Below the pieces are notes generated by a model. The model made no database searches, had not been told where the DNA came from, and saw only the letters and a program-made list of their open reading frames with translations. A stretch of 64,000 bases of DNA from Cyanidioschyzon merolae (taxonomy: Eukaryota): NCBI GenBank assembly GCA_000091205.1, contig AP006487.2; one strand, given 5' to 3'. Every line of letters starts with the position of its first letter. Within the stretch, counting starts at the first letter, position 1. Positions 32,401-42,989 of this stretch are shown here, piece by piece. The position numbers and the translations under genes were made by a program.

Positions 32401-33700
32401 GGCAGAGAAAAAGCACCTGAAACAGAGCCGGATACACGAGACGGTGTACGTCAGGCCGAGCGAACATCAGCTGGCGAGAATATTGACGACCAGAGGATTG
32501 CAAAAGCGAGATTTCAGGAGCAAAATACCTCGATGTACATCCGGGAATGTCCGGTGTTCGCACAGCGCCCAACAGCTTGGTGATCAACGAACCTTTGAGG
32601 GAATCGCGCAGTACTTCGTGTAAACACGGATCTGAAACGCTGAAGACTTGCGATGGAAAACAACAGTGACCATGACAGCGTGTATTTCATCCATGTTTGA
32701 AGCAAGACACTTGTATGAGACGGTTCAGCAGTCCAGAATGGCTGCCATGCCCCATATATACACATGGAACGGTTTTCCTAGAAATTCATGAACGAATATC
32801 CTGCTCCGTAATTCGACTTGACGATGTACCGACATGCAAAGCGGCGTCCTAGGTGCTCTAGCCTAGACGCCCGCCCCCGAAGACCTGCACGGTGTCGCCC
32901 TGCGAGCCTTATTTACCGCACCATACATCCCTGGGATATTTATGATGGCTCCGGCCTTGAAGATCACGCGTTTGTGTGTACGTCAGCAGCGTCGATGCGT
33001 CGCTCTAAAATCCATCTACACAGGTGTTCACGGAATGCTCGGCATTTAAAAGCGAGCCCGCTCAACTTCGTATACAATGTGTCATGCATGTAGACTTGCA
33101 TTTTCGAACGAGATCCGTCATTGGGGCACCAGCTCGAGACTGATCAAGCATCAAGCTTCGTGCACGGTAGACAGGCTGTGCTATGAACGGTTCGGCATTC
33201 GACGCCAGGCGCTGAACCCAGACTTGCGTCACCGTACAGTGCGTTTAGGGTTCCATCAGCAGTGCCTCGTTCTTTGCGTTCGTCCTGCAATTCTCCAGGT
33301 CATAGAAGCGTATCCGCAGCATGAAACTGTTCAGTGTGAGCCGAAGTAGCAACATCCAGCATAGGCATTGAAGCGCGTGTCCTATAGATTCCAAGTGCCT
33401 GTGAGCGCTCCCGCACCGGCGATGCACCTTCGTACGAGGACGCGCTCCATACCAAGTCAGCCGAAACATTTCCTATGAATCAAGTGAGGCAGAACTCGCG
33501 ATTTGTGCACTAATCCAGAAGCACGCTTTCGGGAAAGCTTAGCAACAGAATTCGGGCGATTATGTTTTGGTCTATGGTCGAGTCTTGGCTGGGAATCCCA
33601 GCTACGCAATGGATACCGACGTCAGGGAAAGCGCTAACGCATACTCGGCACTCTACGGATTATATGAACGAGCCGTTGCCTCCAACAGGGAATATGGATG

Positions 33701-34087
33701 TATCCGGCGAGATATAGAGACCTGGTGCGGAATGACTAGTGATTTCATAGGCACCGTTGAGGTAGTCGTCTGCAGGGAACTCCTGCTCGTGTCGCAGAAG
33801 CTGCGTTACCGCCACACCAGCATCGAGTGGTATCCGGCGAGATATAGAGACTTGGTGCGGAATGACTAGTGATTTCATAGGTACCGTTGAGGTAGTCGTC
33901 TGCAGGGAGCTCCTGCTCGTGTCGCAGAAGCTGCGTTACCGCCACACCAGCATCGAGTGGTATCCGGCGAGATATAGAGACTTGGTGCGGAATGACTAGT
34001 GATTTCATAGGTACCGTTGAGGTAGTCGTCTGCAGGGAACTCCTGCTCGTGTCGCAGAAGCTGCGTTACCGCCACACCAGCATCGAG
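33701..34087. repeat. 130-bp tandem repeat, ~3 units
   Basis: tatccggcgagatatagagac starts at 33701, 33831 and 33961. Units are >95% identical by eye. 130 is not a multiple of 3, so the repeated peptide in minus-strand ORFs (MKSLVIPHQVSISRRIPLDAGVAVTQLL..) shifts frame between units. Confidence 0.95.
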
Positions 34088-36087
34088 CAGGCAAGGCCCT
34101 CCCGGGCGATTCCCGGCGCTGTGCGCGAGCCCCGATCGTATGCACGCTGCCGCTGGCTAGCGTCTGAGCCCTGGTACGTTCTCTCCTCCGTCTTGTGCAG
34201 ACGATGCAGCGAGCCGTGCCTAGGATGCTTCAATCAAGTACTGGCCAACTTCGGACCGGGCGCGGGTGCTCGTCAGGGACGACTTTGTGGAAAGCTGGGT
34301 CTCGGCGTTGCAGTGCGTTCCACAGCTGTCAATCGTTGAGTGCTGAGAACCTTTATCAGCCCGCATCTCTGGCGCTGAGAACAGAGAATCGCCAAATCCG
34401 TCGTCTGGTAACGGTGGAGCCAGCGGGCGCGTCTCTTGGACGCACCGTGACAGGGCGCTTCCGCCCGGTTTTGGCGTTGGAACGCGTCGCTGCTGAGGCG
34501 GTCGGTCGGCTGGAAACGCGCAGCTTCACTTACCGCCGAGCTGGATGTACTTCAGGCCTGCTCCAGCTTCTTCTGGATGGAAAAAAAGCTCTAGATGATA
34601 CATAGATTCACCGGTTGGCTCCAGTTCTGCAGAGCGTGTGATGGAAGGCTCTCGCAGAGCTGAGCTGGCCGACATGCTGGCTTGCTGAAACAACTACTGT
34701 ACGCACCAGTGCGGTGTGTTGGTACACTGGCGGAAAAACGTGTGACGATTCGAGATGAAACCAGCAGTGGATAGTTCAGGCTCTCGTGATTAGAATATAC
34801 GCCGTGGGACTTGAAAGTATTTGAGCTCGTCTCCCTCAGGACATGTGCGGCTTCCTGGGTCTGAGGTTTGGAAACGAAGGACCGCAACGATGGGGCATTG
34901 CGCTCTCGAGAAACAAAGCACATTTCATTCGCTACGTTTCCATCATCACGCAGAAACCAGGACGGTAATCAGTACCGAATATCGGGCACTGCGCTTTGGA
35001 AACGACGCAGATTTCGTTGGTTATGTTTCCATTAACACCAAGAAACCATACTGGTCTTTGGTACTGCGGTCGAGGCTATGACACTGCCTGTGGCCCGACA
35101 ATGCCACCATGTTGTCGCCTGGCGGAGCACTTTCCCCTGTGATGCCAATGGATATTTTGTTCTTTTGTGCTGGGCGATCGATGAGCGTACCCAGAGTTCC
35201 CCGCATGCGCAATGATTACCAGCAACTGCAGGAGAGATCTTAGGCATGGTCGGGACGCTTCGGTGTACCTCAACATTCAGAGCAGCTTCTATTTTCGTGC
35301 ATTCGAGCTGAATCGATCCAGCGTACCTTCGGGCGTTGAGTCTCGTGTAGGACGCATGCTGCACCGGTGGACGTGCAGTCGCAGTCGCTTCGATGGCATC
35401 GGCTCGATACTCCGGTGTCTGGTGGAACCTGCGCCGGCGTTCTTCGCAAGCGTGGCCCGAATCAACAGCGAATCCCAAAGAGTCCAGCAAGGACGCGTCC
35501 ACAAATCTAAAGCGTAGCATCCAGTGTTCTACCAAAAAGTGCCAACCTTTGCCTGGTACACGGCGCTGGATCCCAGGAGCAGGCATGAACAGCACCGGCC
35601 TGTTTAAGAGTCCTCGAGTTCTGGCTCCGTGTTCAACCTCATAATGCGCAGCACTAGCGCAACTTTTTTGCCTGCAGCAATGCGAAGGAAAAGCGATAGT
35701 CGCAAATGTGGTATTCTTGAAAGGCCATAATTTTTACCGCATACGCAGATACCGTGAAAGCGTGCTGAGAAGCTATCTCAGGAAATGCACCGGAACACCC
35801 GGAACTCAACTGCAATATTCCCCAGCATATTCTAGTGGAACGTGCATACCAACCAAAATTCGATATCCAAGCAACGACAGGTTGCAGAGCGCAGACGCAC
35901 CAAGTTCCGCGCTTGCCGCACGAGTCTGAATTTGAATGCCACTGATCCGCCCAGCTGGACAACGCATTCGCGCTGCAAACGCTGAGCGAGCTGGTACCGG
36001 TGCCCGCAACGTTTAAACTGTGCTGAGCAGCGCGATACCATATAAATCCACAGCACGCGCGTTGAGCCACTGTCGGTGTCGGCGGTA

Positions 36088-36939
36088 TCAAAACAACAGT
36101 AAGCACATAATGACGAACATGCCAAGCATGAGCAGCATGCGGCTCACCATCGCTTGCGTTGCATCTTCAGTCTGTACAGAAACTGGGACTCCTCCGTAAG
36201 CGCCTGAGTCACCAGGATTCACCCGAGCTGCGGTCGAAGATGTAGCGCTCGGCGCTCCCGTGGGCGGCTGCGGCGGGAAGGTGAACTGAACGCCGAATAT
36301 AGAGGGAAACAGTCCGAACGGAGTGAAAGATATACCGCCCGCCGTGCCGTACGGCATGAAGCTGCCCGCACCGACGCCGACGTTCCAGTCGCTGAGGTGC
36401 TCTGCTCCCGGCCGCAGCGGCGGAAGCGCTCCGTTGGCAGTCTGGGGTGGAGGTTCGACCCGCCTCGCGGCAGGCCGCGGTGGAATCGCTTCATTTGGCC
36501 TGGCGACCTTCGTCTGCTGCTTCGGGGCATCGCTGACGTCCTCGCGTGTGCGCCCGCGTCCGTAAAGCGGAATGACTCGTTCCCGATCCACCAGCGACTT
36601 GCAAACCGGACACGTCGCGTGTTGCGCCATCCAGCGGTGCAGGCACGACCAGCAGAACAAGTGCCCACACATGGTGACCACAGGATCCTCCAGCGGCACC
36701 TCAAAACAGATGGAGCAGTCAAACGGTTGCTCACTGCTTGACGCTACTGAGGATGCCGCCGCTGGTCGCTTGGCTGCGGCGTCTGTCGCCTCCGCATCCA
36801 GAGACTTGGACAGTTCAGACGTGCCGTGTGCGCTCGCCTCGAACCCTGTGTCGTCTGGGGAGTGCACAGGTGCACGTGTGTCCCCTGTCAAAGGTACCGC
36901 GTCGGTAGGCGACCGGTTGACCTGGCCGCTCTCCGCCAT
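36088..36939 (-). CDS. RING-type E3 ubiquitin ligase, RNF5/RNF185 (RMA1) type, C-terminal membrane anchor
   Basis: FDCSICFEVPLEDPVVTMCGHLFCWSCLHRWMAQHATCPVCKSLVDRERVIPLYGRG is the RNF5-type C3HC4 RING plus flanking motif. The C-terminal hydrophobic tail is MVSRMLLMLGMFVIMCLLLF. Confidence 0.85.
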   Translation of the reverse strand: MAESGQVNRSPTDAVPLTGDTRAPVHSPDDTGFEASAHGTSELSKSLDAEATDAAAKRPAAASSVASSSEQPFDCSICFEVPLEDPVVTMCGHLFCWSCLHRWMAQHATCPVCKSLVDRERVIPLYGRGRTREDVSDAPKQQTKVARPNEAIPPRPAARRVEPPPQTANGALPPLRPGAEHLSDWNVGVGAGSFMPYGTAGGISFTPFGLFPSIFGVQFTFPPQPPTGAPSATSSTAARVNPGDSGAYGGVPVSVQTEDATQAMVSRMLLMLGMFVIMCLLLF

Positions 36940-38762
36940 CGCTTACAACTCACGTCGTTTCGGTGCCGCTCAAGCGCAACACTGGATACCGTTTGCACCA
37001 CGCTGCGCCTCCGCTGCGTCACGTTTCGGGAAGCGCGTGCGACGCTCCAGCGGCGGGGCATCTCGCGAGGCGCCGGCGGCGGCAGCCGCAGTGCACGCAT
37101 CCGTTGACGGTTCATCTGTTCGGGAGCGCGCCTGCCAGCTGTTCACTTCAATTGCGTTCCACGTTCGAGTGCGTGTCGCATCGAATGCCTTGACGCGGTG
37201 TACCGTAGACACGCTCGACGTGCGCTCGTTCAACCATCGAGTCCATAAACGGCAGTCACAGCGTTGCGATGTCGTTTCCGCTGATACCGGTTACTGGGAA
37301 AGCACCGCTGCATCACGGTCCGCGCGATAGCCTCTGTGGCGTAGCGAGACTGTGACAATGAATGAGGGCTATGCGCGGCAGGCGTCGGACGCAAGCATGG
37401 CACTCGGCACGCACCAGTGTCGTTGCGTATACCTGCGAGCGAGCTGCAGACTGGCACCTAGGCTGTGCACGGTGAATCAGCAACAGCTTCACACTGCGTC
37501 GGGACATTGGACAAGGCTCGTCGAGCAGGATCGGCATCACCATTCTACTTGGCGTAAGCTGTGGGGCGTCTCATATTCGCAGCTCCATTGCTCTGCTCGT
37601 TATGGGCGTACGCTGGATCCATCTCCCGCTTCTGACAGATCTATGCATTGGGTGTGCGCAAGTCAGCGCAGAGGGATATCGCAGGCAACACGCTCTGGCG
37701 TGGATAGAAGGTTTACACAGGAAGCGGAGCGTACGAGCTACCTATAATTTTCCAGGACCTGCAGTCCGAGTGTGCATGATGCATGCGTCGCGCAAGAAGA
37801 TATCTCTGGTCATCGGCAGCTTGCACTTTTGGACATCGCTGTTTCTCGCCGTCGGCATGCACGAGCGCACTTGGTTTCCTCGGTGACTCGAATGTCGGAG
37901 CTGCCCGGCAGACTCGCGTCGACGCAAACTTCAACGTTTCCGCGACGCTTTGCCTGCAGAGAGGGCCGAATCGCTCAACAGGGTGCCTGGAGCCGGAGCC
38001 CGGGGCGGGCGCCCAGAACCTCGGCAAGACTGAAGCGCTCCCTGATGGAGCCAGATGCGCTGTGGTCGGCTGATATCGCATTCGGAGCTCCGAAACGCGA
38101 GTTACGCAACCACCGCATCTACCGTCGCCCGTTTTCGAAACGGCTACCTCCAAGCTGTGACCCTGCCGTCCGTAGATGTATCAGGAAATCAGACTTGTGA
38201 TTCACTCTAAAAATCCAATAGGTTCAATGACTGAACCCGCTGCTGTTCATGGAGCAGAGTTCATGGACTTTATCAGAATCCTCCGGAATGTGTATGCGTT
38301 CCCGGTCAGACGGCGTACTGGGCACAGAGGTTGCCGCTCCAGCGGACGCGACAAATGCGTACAACGCATTTGCTCTTGGTGGCGAGCGGCATTCGCTGCT
38401 CACTCGTAACGACGACAGCGCATCCAGCGCCTGTGATTCATGCGTTCATTTTCGATTCCCGGCGAATGCCGGCTTCATCGAGACTTCGCGGCAGGGTGTC
38501 TTCCGGTGAGCGGCCGACACGCGAACCCCGAAACGAAACCACCGCATGAACTACTCTATGCGATTTTACCGCTGTTGCTTAACACCCAGAGTCCGAGGAC
38601 GTATACGAGCATCGAATGCATCGTTTCGTGGTCTTCCACACAGAGCAGCGCGAATGCAGGCAAGCGATGCGCGTTCCAGCGTCAGAGTTGCACAGGGCCG
38701 GTAAACGAGGACCCCACGAGCTCTCAGACCATCCGATCCTGTTGTTTATGAACTTGAGTCGT

Positions 38763-40277
38763 CTACGCAATTGCACGTTTACGGCGTACGTATCTTTGCA
38801 CGAGCTCCGCAAACTGCGTCGCTGGACAAGCCCTCTGAATGAACGGATGCGTCAGGAGCCGATCTACGCTCCAACGATCCATGGGTTGCATCGCGAGGCA
38901 GGAGTGTAAAAAGTGGTGAAATTCTGGGCTCCAGCGGGCAGCTTCCGCCAGCTTGGGCGGCCCTCGGGTCGTGATCAGGAACATGGCCCGGAGCGGTGTC
39001 TCTTTGATCCATGGAGGCTCGCCCTCGGCGCATTCTATGGCGAGAATCCCGAGGCTCCAGACGTCAACTTTGTAGTCGTACTCCATGCTTCTGATGAGTT
39101 CGGGCGCCATCCAAAACGGAGTGCCAACGCATGTCGTTCGCTTGTCGCGCTCTGGTGTCAACTGGGCACAATATCCAAAGTCAGCGAGCTTGATGGCCCC
39201 CGACGATTGACCAAGCAGACAGTTATCAGACTTGATATCACGATGGATGCGACGTAGGCGGTGCAGCTGACCGAGCGCAATCAGAACCTCTCGGCAGACA
39301 TAGGCGATCTCTGGCTCCGTCATTCGTTCACCATGCTCTGCCAGATCATAAAGCAAGTCTGTGAGACTGCCCCCGTCCATGTATTCGAGAACAATCCACA
39401 TCGTGTTGCGATGGAGAAACGCCTCGTGAACCTGCACGATGTTCGCGTGGCGAGTGCTATGCATCATGAAGATCTCCTGCTCGAGCGCGCTCATGACCTT
39501 TTCGGACCGAACTTCGACCCTTTTCATCGCAACAATTTTGGTTGGATCGGTTCGAGAGGCTGCCACATAGACAACGCCCATTGCACCCTCGCCCACTTTA
39601 CGCAGGCGCACGTAGACGTCGCTGGGGTCTCGTTCCTGAATGGCGGGAAAGCGTCCCGAGGCCCTCAGTACAGGCTCGCCCCCGGTTTGGCGTGCATCTT
39701 CGGGGCTCGTCTCAGTGAGCAGCTTCGCAGCCGAGTCATCCTGGTGGAGCGCGGTCCGTTCGTTGCGCTCTTTTAAGGCTGCGACTTGGCTGGGATGGTG
39801 CGTTGGCGACGCCGCCCCAGATCGACGCAAATGAAAGTCCATGATATCGCGTACGACTTGCGGATTCGTCAAGACCTCTGTGCGACTGATACCGTTGCCA
39901 ACGAGTAGGTGCTCCCACTCGCGTGGGAGGCCAGAAAATCCCGTCTCAGAGGTGAGGTCGCGGCGCACAGTCACTTTCTTGCGAACCTTGATCGGTGTCC
40001 CTATCTGGGGTGTTTCCTCAGTACTGTCGGATACATCGTTTTGTTTCGGTGCTGTGGGCTTCATATTCGGCTTTCTGGTGCTGGCCGTCCCCGGATCCGT
40101 CGCGTTGTCTGGCGCGTGGCGTGCACAAGACGGCTTGCGCTTCACTCCAGTCGAGGCGTGCGTCGGGGTTCTCGTCAACGCGCTTAAGGCAGCGAGACCC
40201 GCTAACGCGCGCAGTGCGCCTTCAGGTTCAGCAGAGGTCTCCGGGCTCTTGGAGCTGCGCTTCACTCGTGTCTTCAT
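38763..40277 (-). CDS. STE20/PAK-family serine/threonine protein kinase
   Basis: GEGAMGVVYVA, VAMKRV, HRDIKSDNCLL, ADFGYCAQL, GTPFWMAPE, DVWSLGI. The upstream PAK-type box is GLPREWEHLLVGNGISRTEVLTNPQVVRDIMDF. I found no clear CRIB motif. Confidence 0.88.
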   Translation of the reverse strand: MKTRVKRSSKSPETSAEPEGALRALAGLAALSALTRTPTHASTGVKRKPSCARHAPDNATDPGTASTRKPNMKPTAPKQNDVSDSTEETPQIGTPIKVRKKVTVRRDLTSETGFSGLPREWEHLLVGNGISRTEVLTNPQVVRDIMDFHLRRSGAASPTHHPSQVAALKERNERTALHQDDSAAKLLTETSPEDARQTGGEPVLRASGRFPAIQERDPSDVYVRLRKVGEGAMGVVYVAASRTDPTKIVAMKRVEVRSEKVMSALEQEIFMMHSTRHANIVQVHEAFLHRNTMWIVLEYMDGGSLTDLLYDLAEHGERMTEPEIAYVCREVLIALGQLHRLRRIHRDIKSDNCLLGQSSGAIKLADFGYCAQLTPERDKRTTCVGTPFWMAPELIRSMEYDYKVDVWSLGILAIECAEGEPPWIKETPLRAMFLITTRGPPKLAEAARWSPEFHHFLHSCLAMQPMDRWSVDRLLTHPFIQRACPATQFAELVQRYVRRKRAIA

Positions 40278-42009
40278 CCGCAGTCACCGAAAGCCTTCAC
40301 AAACGCAAGCACAATGCGGGCGCTGGAACGCACCACCGGAGGTGCTCAGCTTCCGGAGGATCCCGATACACGTCGCGATGGCGGACACGCGGGCATTCGA
40401 ACAGCGGCCGCCGTCGGCATCGCGCACACCCAGCGCACACACTGCAACGGCCGGGGTGCGGCGGCGCTCATCAGGGACGGATCAGCGCCGGCGTGCTGTC
40501 CTCCGGCGCGGGGCTGTCGACAGCCGTAGAGCGCCCGCCGTTCCCGCGGCTGGAGAGGCGGCGGCGCTCGCAGTTCCCGCTGCACCCTGGTGCGAGTCCG
40601 GGAGCCTGCACCTTCAGGTTGCAGCACTGAGGGCGGTGGGGATCGGCGTGGGCGCGCCCAGCTCCACAGCATGGCAGGTCTCTGCATGGAGTGCATTTGC
40701 ACAAGAAAGTCGCATCGAGGACTCTGCGTATCTGGACTGCATGTGCGCTTTGCCGATACACGTATACCAGAATAAGACGGAACAGGTCCACGCAGCGAAC
40801 ACGGGCGTGCCTAATAAAGTTTTGATCGCTTCCCGTAAGAGTCAACACAAGATTTTGTGCGTATTTTTGTGACTTGTTATTTTTATTGCTCTTTTTTTGC
40901 TGAATTTCAATGTGCTGGTCTCTAATGTGTCTGCAGCTCCGTTTGTCAGCAGTCGAAGAATGCTGATGGCAGCGTTCTCCTCCCGAGTTCGCAGCATTCG
41001 ATTCTCATTCACGCATTTCGAACAGGCAGGCTGAAGTTGCGATCTCGGCTGCGCTTGTCATGATCATATCCTTTGTAGACAGCCTCAGTGCGCCCTTTGC
41101 AGCATGAACCTTGGCCACGGTCAGTGATTACCGTACGTGCACGACACGACACCTCTTCCGAAAAATGCCCTGTGCCGCACCAAGGAATGCTTCGCTGATC
41201 GGTGTGCGCGTTTGACTGGTACAGAGGGCCCGATGTGTTCCCTGTATTCGTTTTCGCGCCCGGTGCCGTGTTCTCCGATCATGGGCTTGCTCATGGCGAT
41301 CCTTCCAGGGTGTACGCTATCCCCTGCACGCACACGCTGTAACATTGGATGGGCGATTTTTTTGGAACGCGATCTTGTTCATGATGGAGCGGTTGGCGGA
41401 AGGGAATTCCAGGATGGTGAGCAATAGAAAAAATTTAGAGTCGTTTATGTTCAGTTCCTAGAACGCAGTGACATACTCTCTACTCTGAGTAATCGCCGCA
41501 ATGACTGGTGTGCAGCACGAGTCGTTGCTTCCGCTGTGAGCGGCGAGGCTGGATATCGGCGTCATGGCTGGTGCCTGCTCGCAGACGGGTGCTGCGATGG
41601 TCACCTGGCACCGCTTATGGCACCCAGAGAACCGCTTCTGCTGCACGTTCGAACAGACGACGGAGCCAGCGGACCTCTGTGACGACCTCGAAAGCTAGCC
41701 AGGTATTCCAGCTCCTTTGGCGGTGTTCCGCGACGGTTTCATCTCGGCAATGATGCAGCGGATGCACCTCGAGGACAATGGAAACCTACGCTTATCGAAG
41801 TCTGAGCGCGTCTTGTCGCAACGAACTCCAGAGACTGGCATGTTTCGCGTCTCGCATGATACGCTGGCCTCGTTTTAATGTTGCACCTCATTTGTGTTCC
41901 GCTTGCAGGTGCGTGTCATCAAGTGCTTCCTCGCGGGTTATAGCGGACGTGTTCAAAGAGCGTCCATTTTCAAAAATAAACTATCCTAGGGAGATGTGTA
42001 TGTATGAAA

Positions 42010-42690
42010 ATCGGGGATCCTGATGTGCTAGTGTCGCCGGTTTCAACAGAAAAAACGAAAAATTCTCTTCTCACCGACCATCGAGCGAAGGAGAGCAAGT
42101 TTTATGAAAAAGTAGAAAAAGAGAGGAACGGCGGGTGAAAAGTTTTTGTATGCCTGATGTGACGATTACGAGACTGTAACGGGACAGAGGGCACACTGAC
42201 GAAGGCGCCTTGCATTGATGAGTCCCATCAGAGGCAGCAAACGCATGGAATTCGTGAACAGAGACTTGAACTCCGCCATCAAAATCAGACCATTTGTGTT
42301 ACAAAAGGCGAGGCGCGCGGAACTTACGTTAGCGAAAGGTTTGGGACAGCCTCTCAGGTTCGAAGTGTACACGGGACAAATTGAAACCGATATCTGGTTG
42401 CTGGTCAGAAAAAGGCTTCGAGGCGCCTGTGAGTGCGTATCATTTTCCCCTGTCGAGCCGACGCTCTCTGTGGTGCGGCATAGCCGTTCTGTCTCCGTGC
42501 AAGGACCGCATCGGCCCTGTAGACGCTATCGCCGACGCTCTGGGCATGCACTCGGCGCACGATAGAACGTACGGAACGACCATTATATCCGAGAGAAAGT
42601 ATGGGTTACGGAACGTGGAAGTAAGGCGTGGAATGAGGGATACCTTACAGCGCGCTGATGACGAGCGCAGAATCCGAGAACGCTCGCCAC
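42010..42690 (+). pseudogene. TnpB/Fanzor-like relic, family I copy B (5'-truncated, plus tail forming the left palindrome arm)
   Basis: SKRMEFVNRDLNSAIKIR (D codon 42263-42265). Upstream, ..ccatcgagcgaagg.. aligns with copies C and D. Downstream conserved block LVRKRLRGACECV. The tail from ~42452 is the left arm of the palindrome. Confidence 0.5.
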
Positions 42691-42987
42691 AGCAACCACT
42701 TTGGCATTTTTTCACTGACAAAACGTTTACTTAGGCCAGCGTTCTCCGATTATGCGCTTTTTTCTTTTCTTTCTTTTTTTTCAGTGCGAGGTGAGGTATC
42801 CATCAACCCCCTACCTCCATGTTACATTACCTATACTTCGTCTCGGATATTCTGGTCGTTTCATACGTCCTATCGTGTGTGCCTAGTACCTGCCGTTCCG
42901 TATTCGCGTCTGCGCTTGAACCGCTGGAGCAGATAGCTCATAGGGCTAAAACAGCTTTTCTATACCACAGAGGGCGTCGGCTCGAGG
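42452..42987. repeat. Large imperfect palindrome (inverted duplication): arms ~42452-42688 and ~42734-42987, 45-bp centre
   Basis: The reverse complement of 42795-42878 matches 42558-42644 (cacgatag.acgta..gaacgacca..atatccgaga..aagtat.ggt...gggatacc). It extends inward (gcgcagaatccgagaacgctcgcc 42665-42688 vs revcomp of 42734-42757) and outward (ctgtcgagccgacgctctctgtggt ~42450-42474 vs revcomp of 42961-42987). It also shows as YFLSDIMVVPYVLSC / YFVSDILVVSYVLSC in opposite-strand ORFs. Confidence 0.85.
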
Positions 42988-42989
42988 TG

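Noticed and set aside
39841-40872. Long ORFs antisense to confirmed genes: 39841-40872 (+), 36572-37330 (+), 10892-11797 (+), 43763-44344 (+), 63251-63820 (-), 2161-2637 (+)
   Set aside because: These are typical GC-rich antisense open frames. They have Arg/Ala/Pro/Ser-rich low-complexity composition, no motifs, and lie fully inside better-supported genes on the other strand.
42758-42781. T/C-rich run (A-rich on the minus strand) as the poly(A) tail marking the 3' end of the LINE
   Set aside because: Palindrome homology continues on both sides of the run (gcgcataatcggagaacgctggcc beyond it). It is therefore an internal expansion within the right arm, not a terminal tail. The LINE 3' boundary is left uncertain.
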